A stretch of 7,391 nt of DNA, taken from an uncultured archaeon (GTDB lineage: Archaea; Iainarchaeota; Iainarchaeia; Iainarchaeales; 0-14-0-20-30-16). Position numbers and translations under genes: made by a program. Of the stretch, positions 1-5,769 are shown in pieces (within the stretch, counting starts at the first letter, position 1; each line of letters opens with the position of its first letter). Under the pieces are notes generated by a model that saw only the letters and a list, made by a program, of their open reading frames with translations, did no database searches and was not told where the DNA came from. The DNA lies in contig CAZMCX010000037.1 of the NCBI GenBank assembly GCA_964565125.1, positions 1-7,391 of the forward strand, in the 5' to 3' direction.

Positions 1-71
1 AAGAAAAGGGATTTATACTCAAAAGCTGTATTTAATATATATTTATTTTTGATTATTTGGAAGTTGATTAC

Positions 72-275
72 ATGGATGTACTAAAAAATGTTAGAACCAG
101 AGGCGGTTTAACCTCAACAGTAATACAATATACCTGTATGAATTGTAGGAAAGTTATTCTTGAATCTGGGCCCGGGGCTTACGGTAGAAGATTTTGCTGT
201 GAAGACTGTAAAAAAGAGTATATGGAAAAAACCAAGCAAGCATCTTCTAAGTTTGAACTTAGCGGTGCAAAATAA
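72..275 (+). CDS. small Cys4 zinc-ribbon protein, TRASH/YHS-like metal-binding motif; function unknown
   Basis: The track ORF 57..275 begins at TTG; the first ATG is at 72 (MDVLKN...). Cys pattern is C-x2-C-x16-C(C)-x3-C. RRFCCEDCKKEY resembles the F-C-x3-C-x3-aromatic half of TRASH/YHS zinc ribbons, though the spacer is shorter than the canonical 19-22. TAA stop. Confidence 0.5.
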   Translation: MDVLKNVRTRGGLTSTVIQYTCMNCRKVILESGPGAYGRRFCCEDCKKEYMEKTKQASSKFELSGAK

Positions 276-377
276 TTGATTTTATAGGATGATAAGACTT
301 AACCTACCTTTTTTCAGTTTTGGTTTTGCTTATCTTCTTTTTAGTTCATCTTTTGTCTTAAGGCAAGGGTAACAGGA

Positions 378-1514
378 TCATTTCTCTATTAGAACTTTAT
401 AAACCCCCAATAATTCCCTTGTCTTATTCTGGATAGACATCTCTTTTGCTCTTTCTTTTGCCCCTGCCTGTTTTTTTGCATAAAGCTTTTTATCTTTCAA
501 AAGTAGCAAAACTTTATTAGAAAAGTCACCAATATTATTCTTTACTAAAAGCCCACCGCCTTCTTTATCAAGCACATCTATTACACCGTGTGCTTTTATT
601 GCCACCACTGGCTTTCCCATACTCATTGCTTCCAACAAAACGATCCCTTGAGTGTCAGTTAGAGATGCGAAAGCAAATAGATTACATGCCGCATAGGCAT
701 CTGCCAAGTTCATTTTGTCCAAAAATCCAGTAAAGATTACTTTATCTTTCAATCCTTGCTTTTGCGCAAGTTGTTCCAAAGATTTTCTTGCAACACCATC
801 ACCAACTATTGCCAATACAATATTCTTTTGTTTTTCAATAATCTTCTTCAAAGCCTTTATCAAAAAGGAAATATTCTTTTCATGCCCAACTCTCCCCACA
901 AACAAAAGAATCTTTTCGTTCTCTAAACCATATTTTTCTCTAAATCTCTTTTCAACCCCATTCTTGAATTGATCCAAAATTATTCCGGTCGGTAAAACCA
1001 CAATCTTTGACTCCACACCATAATCTTCCAATATCTTCTTACTTTGTGGGCTAGGCGCCAAAGTAACATCACATTTTCCATAAAAGTTTACAATTACTCT
1101 CTTTGCAATTTTCTGAAGAGCTTTAGAAAATACTTTATAATATCCAGGAACATAATCTACAAACTGGGTGTGGTATGTTCCTACTACCGGAATTCCATAC
1201 TTCTTTGTTAGTTTTAATGCCTTCTGGCCCAAAGTAAAAAAAGAATGGATATGCACAAGATCAAATTTCTCTTTCTTAAATATTTTATCCAAATCTTTTA
1301 GAGGAAGAGCCAATCTATACCCCGCTGCTTTGGGAACCTTAAAAGATCTTATTCGAATTATATTTGTTTCTGTATCTTCATATTTGGGATATTTAGGACA
1401 GATAACATAAACCTTATGTTCTTTTTTTTCTAGTTCCGCCTTAAAGTTCCTGATTGATGTTGCTGCGCCATCTATTGACGGATAATAAGCATCTACTACA
1501 AAACATATCTTCAT
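378..1514 (-). CDS. GT4-family (GT-B fold) glycosyltransferase, possibly a lipid/diacylglycerol glycosyltransferase type
   Basis: 378-aa ORF with ATG start and TGA stop. The N-terminal KICFVVDAYYPSIDGAATS loop is typical of Glyco_trans_4. It also has FVGRVGHEKN and the E-x7-E region LLEAMSMGKPVVA of Glycos_transf_1. The acceptor cannot be read from sequence. Confidence 0.9.
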   Translation of the reverse strand: MKICFVVDAYYPSIDGAATSIRNFKAELEKKEHKVYVICPKYPKYEDTETNIIRIRSFKVPKAAGYRLALPLKDLDKIFKKEKFDLVHIHSFFTLGQKALKLTKKYGIPVVGTYHTQFVDYVPGYYKVFSKALQKIAKRVIVNFYGKCDVTLAPSPQSKKILEDYGVESKIVVLPTGIILDQFKNGVEKRFREKYGLENEKILLFVGRVGHEKNISFLIKALKKIIEKQKNIVLAIVGDGVARKSLEQLAQKQGLKDKVIFTGFLDKMNLADAYAACNLFAFASLTDTQGIVLLEAMSMGKPVVAIKAHGVIDVLDKEGGGLLVKNNIGDFSNKVLLLLKDKKLYAKKQAGAKERAKEMSIQNKTRELLGVYKVLIEK

Positions 1515-1553
1515 CTAACCACTGCTTTTTTATTTACTAATCTTATATTTTAC

Positions 1554-2573
1554 ATGAGAAAAAAATCACCAGTTATAATTAAAACAATATTTGTCTTTAT
1601 AATATTAATCATTGTTCTTGCCTTTGCAGTATACAAAAATACACATTCTGAACCAACAGAATCCCAAGATACTTTAATACAATCAAAAACAGGAAATATA
1701 CAAGTTTATTTTTGTCCAGAAGACTGCAAAGACATAAACACACTTTTCAAAGATATCAATGAGTTCTACTGCTCAATATATGACATAGAGTATTCTTGGT
1801 TCTGGAATAAAGCAAAGTCTCTTTATGATTCCAATAAACCAGTTATAATTATCACAGACAATGAACAGCTTACAAACAACTTCAAAAAGCTCGACTTGCC
1901 GGTTCTACAAGATATCAATTATGCCTACTCATCAGGCTTCCTAAAAAAAGACAAATATTCCGGCTATATGCACAATAAATTCTGTGCCTTTGGAAACTAT
2001 CTTCTAATAGGAAGCAAGAATTTCAGTAACACATCCAATTATGACAATTTCATTCTATTAGAAAACAAAGAACTTTCTGAAATCGCAAAAGAAGAAATAT
2101 TAGAACAATATTCAGGAACATTTAACAAAGGAGAAAAATCTCCTGCCCAAACAGGATACCTACAAATATACTTCTGCCCAGAAGATAACTGTGAGTCAAA
2201 ATATCTAGAACTTTTAGAAACCGCAAAAGAAAGAATCCATTGTGAGTTCTTTTCTATGACCTTAAACAGCCTTTCTCAAGCAATGCTAAGCAAAGCAGGA
2301 CAAGGGGTGGATTTAAAAGTTCTATTTGAAAAATCCCAGATAAGTCAATATTCCCAGCTCACCACTTTATTTGCATATGCAAAAAAGAATACAAAAGGTT
2401 ACATCCACAACAAGTTCTGCATAATCGACGATACAGTTATCACAGGATCCCTAAATCCATCAAAGAACGGCACTACCAAGAATGATGAATCAATAATCAT
2501 AATCCAAGACCCCAAGATTGCTGAGATCTACGAGAACAAGTTCCAAGAGCATTGGATTAAACTGGTTGAATAG
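1554..2573 (+). CDS. membrane-anchored phospholipase D superfamily protein with two Nuc-like HKD domains (nuclease or phospholipid-acting)
   Basis: 339-aa ORF with ATG start and TAG stop. N-terminal hydrophobic helix VIIKTIFVFIILIIVLAFAVY. There are two HKD motifs. HNKFCAFGNYLLIGSKN has its His codon at 1971-1973 and Gly in place of the motif Asp. HNKFCIIDDTVITGSLN has its His codon at 2406-2408. Each half opens with YFCPED(x)C, indicating an internal duplication. Confidence 0.9.
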   Translation: MRKKSPVIIKTIFVFIILIIVLAFAVYKNTHSEPTESQDTLIQSKTGNIQVYFCPEDCKDINTLFKDINEFYCSIYDIEYSWFWNKAKSLYDSNKPVIIITDNEQLTNNFKKLDLPVLQDINYAYSSGFLKKDKYSGYMHNKFCAFGNYLLIGSKNFSNTSNYDNFILLENKELSEIAKEEILEQYSGTFNKGEKSPAQTGYLQIYFCPEDNCESKYLELLETAKERIHCEFFSMTLNSLSQAMLSKAGQGVDLKVLFEKSQISQYSQLTTLFAYAKKNTKGYIHNKFCIIDDTVITGSLNPSKNGTTKNDESIIIIQDPKIAEIYENKFQEHWIKLVE

Positions 2574-2623
2574 GAGGTCAAATTTTACCCAAGGCCCCTT
2601 TGTTTTGGTCCTACCTGCTTCAG

Positions 2624-2839
2624 TTATTTCTTCTTGGCAATCACAAATAAGTGCTCAAAGTTCCATTCTGCTTTAGAAACTGGTTTTCTTTTGTGTTTTT
2701 CTACAATACAAAATCCTGTCTTTTTTAACAAGCCCCCAATTTCTTCCAGATCCATTACATTCAAAAAAGTTTTTTCATCTAGTTTAAGGGGCTCTGTTAA
2801 AAAGATCTCTTCTGGCTTTCCGCACGGGGATGATTTTTT
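2624..2839 (-). pseudogene. C-terminal remnant of a class I SAM-dependent methyltransferase-like gene (no usable start, N-terminal two thirds absent)
   Basis: A 71-codon stop-free frame on the - strand: KKSSPCGKPEEIFLTEPLKLDEKTFLNVMDLEEIGGLLKKTGFCIVEKHKRKPVSKAEWNFEHLFVIAKKK, then TAA at 2626-2624. The segment F-x-x-x-(D/E)L-x-x-LL-x-x-xGF-x-IV followed by a short basic tail is the usual C-terminus of Methyltransf_11/25-type enzymes. No SAM-binding GxGxG region lies upstream. The frame overlaps the end of the SPASM fragment. Confidence 0.3.
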
Positions 2840-3083
2840 CTAGAAAATATTGTATTTTCCTTTTCCTAAACAAATCACATCCAGATAGGCTTTTTTCTAA
2901 TCGTAATGCCTTTGCTCGGCAACCACCTGTACAAATATTTTGTAGACTACATTTAGAACACAGAGAATTTAGATCTAATAAAGCAGTTTTAAATTTAAAT
3001 TGGCCTACAAAATTTATTTTTTTATTGTCTCTTTGTAAACCGATTTTTCTTTTTTGGCAGATAATGATTTTAAAAAAACGCAA
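2784..3083 (-). pseudogene. orphan SPASM-domain fragment of a radical SAM peptide maturase (no radical SAM core attached)
   Basis: 99-codon ORF starting at TTG; the frame opens only at 3089 after a TAA. It contains C42-x2-C45-x5-C51-x3-C55 (CSKCSLQNICTGGC, nt 2919-2960) and then C69 after a 13-residue gap. That is the CX2CX5CX3C-gap-C half of the SPASM seven-Cys motif. No CxxxCxxC or GGE lies upstream because the Nudix gene ends 27 nt away. Confidence 0.6.
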
Positions 3084-3110
3084 TAGGCGTTAAATTCTTC
3101 TTCAACAATA

Positions 3111-3992
3111 TCACATATTATTTTTAACTCTTTTTTTTGCATAATAAGACCTCAAAAGTTTATTTGTTGCACCAAATATTCGTAATTTGGGATTATAATA
3201 TTGCCATTCGTCTATTTCTGTTGTAGGTACTTGAGGCAATTTACTAATATCAACTAAATACACTTTTACTTTCGCACCACAAGTGCCTGCTTTAATTTGT
3301 TGTAATATGGGCTTATCATATAAAAAGGTTCCAATAAGCTTTGTAGTGCCAATGTCTTCTACTGCCAGCCCAACTTCTTCCCGTATTTCTCGTTTTAGCG
3401 CTTGCTCATCGGACTCATTTTTCTCTATTCCGCCATGCAAGACATCAAAAAAAGGCAACCCAGGCTTACATACAAGCAAATCTTTACCTTTATATCTTAA
3501 CAAAGCACCAATTGTAGATCTATAAGACAATGATTTTAAATAGTTATAACTTAATGCAATTTGATAGCCCTGTGCGATAAAAAAGGGATTGTTTGTTTCA
3601 GTATACCTATTTTGTTTTTCAAAGTCATATTTTTTCAGCAGGGACCTCAAATTTAATAAGTTATAATATAATTGTTCTGAATTATTATAAAATAGAGGAA
3701 AATTCAAAAAAGCCAAATTTTTATGTTCTCGGCAGATCACGGGTTTATGTGCATAAATAAAATTAGTCAGTGTTGAACTATTTGTTAAAGCTTTTAATGT
3801 CACTACCCCCACATCAACCGACTCTATAAACTTACAATATAAATTAAGGTCTGATTTCAAAATTTTTATATCAATAAGACCTGAACGAATATAAGTTAAA
3901 ATTTTTTTTTCATATTCTTGGCGATCAGGACTTACTCTGTCAGGCCCACTTGCATATCTTGAATACTTTTTATTTTTAGAAATATCCGTCAA
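3111..3992 (-). CDS. Nudix hydrolase with an unassigned ~155-aa N-terminal region
   Basis: 293-aa ORF. Perfect Nudix box G-x5-E-x7-R-E-U-x-E-E-x-G-U: GGIEKNESDEQALKREIREEVGL (residues 187-209, nt 3366-3434). The start is uncertain: the ORF opens with TTG at 3992, has no internal ATG and no convincing SD. TGA stop. Confidence 0.8.
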   Translation of the reverse strand: MTDISKNKKYSRYASGPDRVSPDRQEYEKKILTYIRSGLIDIKILKSDLNLYCKFIESVDVGVVTLKALTNSSTLTNFIYAHKPVICREHKNLAFLNFPLFYNNSEQLYYNLLNLRSLLKKYDFEKQNRYTETNNPFFIAQGYQIALSYNYLKSLSYRSTIGALLRYKGKDLLVCKPGLPFFDVLHGGIEKNESDEQALKREIREEVGLAVEDIGTTKLIGTFLYDKPILQQIKAGTCGAKVKVYLVDISKLPQVPTTEIDEWQYYNPKLRIFGATNKLLRSYYAKKRVKNNM

Positions 3993-4922
3993 ATCGTCTT
4001 TTATCTAACCCCCAATACCTAAATAAAATGAATATAAAAATATCGCTTTTTCAAGTTTTTTCTTTTTTCTTTTTATTGTATTGTAAATCATCATATTTGC
4101 TAGTGCCCCGCTAGTAGTCTTAAGCATTGCAATTTTAAATAAGTCTTTTATATTAGATGATTTTTTTAACTTTTGCTTTTGTTCTAAATAAAAAGACCTC
4201 CAAAGGCAATAGTCATGATAGTATTTTAAGTGATGCGGTATTCCAAAAAATAAAAGTTACTTTTTGGAAATCAAATTTGGAAATAATTTTAAAGAAAAAG
4301 ACGGAATAATTTATCTTACAAAAGACAAATTAGATAAAAATAAGTTGCCTCTGGCAATATTTTTAATTTTTCCTGAAGAGTGTTTAAAATTAATTGAAAA
4401 AAATTAAAATCTGCAAAACTTATAATTGTTATGTATAGATAAAGGGTTTTTGCGAAAAAGTGTTCTTTGAAGCAAAACTTTTTAATTTATGTAGTAACTC
4501 CTAATCACAAGTTCCATTTATTCTTTTCGCTTACTTTTCTTAACATAGAGGTTAATTTTAGTAAGGTTTGTTTCACAAATCTTTCTCCAGATTGCACAGC
4601 CCCCAAAAAATTAAACTTCACTTTCACATCCTGCGAGTCTGTAAAGATTTGGTTTCAATTATTTGGATTAATAACATTTGTAGAAACTAAAGAAACAGAA
4701 AAACAAATTGGCAAAATAGTTATTAATAGAATAAGAAATAATTATAATTTCCCTTTAAAACACATAATATGAAATAGTTATATAAAATATATAAGCTTTA
4801 GCTTTATTTTTTTAATTTGGCGCCATTTTATTTTGTTTCTTTAAAATCAGTAGGGTAAGAAAAAATACCTTTTGTTTATGGAACTATTTTTAAACTAAAC
4901 CAGTCTATATTTTTGTGATATT

Positions 4923-5246
4923 ATGATTAAATATTTGAAAGGAGTTGCAGCAAGTAAAGGTATAGTAACTGGTCCATGTAAAATAATAACTTCTCTCTCA
5001 GATTTGTCCAAAATAAAAAAGGGGGATATACTAGTAACCAGTATGACTATTCCAGATTACCTTCCTGCTATGTCTATTTGTTCAGCTATAATTACTGATG
5101 AAGGGGGTTTATTGTGCCATGCTGCGATAGTTTCAAGAGAGTTTAATATTCCTTGCATTGTAGCAACAAAAAGAGCCACAAAAATTTTAAAAGACAACCA
5201 AATAGTTATTGTTAGGGCAAATGATGGAATAATACAGTTATTTTAA
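4923..5246 (+). CDS. stand-alone PEP-utilising enzyme mobile (swivel phosphohistidine) domain protein
   Basis: The 107-aa ORF (ATG start, TAA stop) aligns end to end with the central domain of PEP synthase/PPDK. Matching segments are LKGVAASKGIVTGPCKII, GDILVTSMTIPDY, and AIITDEGGLLCHAAIVSREFNIPCIV with the phospho-acceptor His66 (nt 5118-5120). The usual T-S before the His is L-C here. No ATP-grasp (PPDK_N) or PEP/pyruvate-binding domain is encoded in the window. Confidence 0.85.
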   Translation: MIKYLKGVAASKGIVTGPCKIITSLSDLSKIKKGDILVTSMTIPDYLPAMSICSAIITDEGGLLCHAAIVSREFNIPCIVATKRATKILKDNQIVIVRANDGIIQLF

Positions 5247-5262
5247 TTTAAAACATGAAATG

Positions 5263-5769
5263 TCATCTCCAAAAAGATTCCCCTAATTTAATAGTTATTT
5301 TCCTTTGTTTATTTAGTTCTAAAAATTTAGTTAAATATAACTCTTCTTTTACAGATAATACCTGATCTGTTTCTTTTGCACGTCCAATATTTCTTAAAGG
5401 TGATGCTTTAAAAGAATCAACTCCTAAAGATTCTGCAAGGCCAATCATTTCATCTAATTCATTAATATTTGTTTTACTTATTGTTGCTTGCCACATTACG
5501 GGTATTTTTACAGATAATATATTTTTCAGACCGTGAATAGCTTTATCAAAAGAGCCAGGTACTCCTCTCAAATAATCATGAGTAGAGGGCTTAGCACCAT
5601 CAATACTTATTTTTATGGCAGATACTCCCGCAGTTTTTAATTTTTTTGCGATGCTTTTTGAAATTAGGGTTCCATTAGAAAACATTTCTGTTTTAAAATT
5701 TTTAGAAAATAGCTTGACAATTTTAAACCAATTCTGTGCTGATAATGGCTCCCCTCCAGTAATAATCAC
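5263..5769 (-). CDS. radical SAM enzyme, C-terminal part of the TIM barrel (downstream half of the same frame-disrupted gene); no SPASM/twitch domain, no Cys at all
   Basis: The track start is GTG at 5769, but the frame is open further upstream. Motifs: IITGGEPL (the GGE SAM-binding motif), FSNGTL, KISIDG, THDYLRGVPGSFDKA, NIGRAKE. Reading one extra A in the tract joins both parts as ...IVDFLKKLGNPTVIITGGEPL..., 301 aa in total. Confidence 0.85.
   Translation of the reverse strand: MIITGGEPLSAQNWFKIVKLFSKNFKTEMFSNGTLISKSIAKKLKTAGVSAIKISIDGAKPSTHDYLRGVPGSFDKAIHGLKNILSVKIPVMWQATISKTNINELDEMIGLAESLGVDSFKASPLRNIGRAKETDQVLSVKEELYLTKFLELNKQRKITIKLGESFWR

Noticed and set aside
289-372. 27-aa hydrophobic ORF (MIRLNLPFFSFGFAYLLFSSSFVLRQG) between the convergent zinc-ribbon and GT4 genes
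   Set aside because: A T-rich intergenic tract yields Phe/Leu/Ser-rich pseudo-hydrophobic ORFs by chance. There is no spaced SD, and the ORF is too short to support.
715-1410. + strand ORFs 715..972 and 1168..1410
   Set aside because: They lie wholly antisense inside the well-supported GT4 gene. Translations are Phe/Ser/Leu-rich and low-complexity, as expected for the shadow frame of an A-rich coding strand. No motifs and no SD.
2574-2623. Possible bidirectional terminator between the PLD stop and the methyltransferase stub
   Set aside because: Only weak, mismatch-ridden pairings can be drawn (ACCcAAGG...TTttGGT, AGGT...ACCT), with no clean GC stem and U-tract.
2634-3093. + strand ORFs 2634..2843 and 2830..3093
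   Set aside because: They are antisense to the frames that carry recognisable SPASM (CX2CX5CX3C) and methyltransferase-tail sequence. Their own translations have no motifs and are Phe/Ser/Leu-rich.
3283-3525. + strand ORF 3283..3525
   Set aside because: It is antisense to the Nudix box region of a clearly coding - strand ORF, so it is a shadow ORF.
4005-4007. TAG reassignment (read-through into the Nudix ORF)
   Set aside because: TAG terminates the PLD gene and the 323-aa ORF at natural C-termini, and TGA and TAA also act as stops. Nothing else suggests an alternative code.
4263-4284. 9-bp direct repeat TTTGGAAAT-CAAA-TTTGGAAAT
   Set aside because: It is a single pair of short AT-rich repeats and not part of any array, so chance expectation is high. 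No evidence for an operator, iteron or CRISPR.
4467-4772. 101-aa + strand ORF in the long gap
   Set aside because: It has a TTG start, no SD and no motif, and the composition is odd (FHLFFSLTFLNIEVNF...). The opposite strand has an equally long, more protein-like open piece over the same bases. I treat it as part of a decayed or non-coding region rather than as a gene.
4778-4794. AT-only inverted repeat TTATATA-AAA-TATATAA 128 nt upstream of the PEP-swivel gene (possible TATA/-10-like element)
   Set aside because: It is low-information sequence in ~30% GC DNA. Its distance to the start codon is not diagnostic, so I cannot distinguish a promoter from background.
3084-5262. Mobile-element explanation for the segment separating the radical SAM core from the SPASM fragment
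   Set aside because: I could find no transposase, integrase or recombinase ORF, no terminal inverted repeats and no flanking direct repeats beyond a trivial TTAAATT 7-mer. I keep it only as a generic rearrangement or insertion hypothesis.
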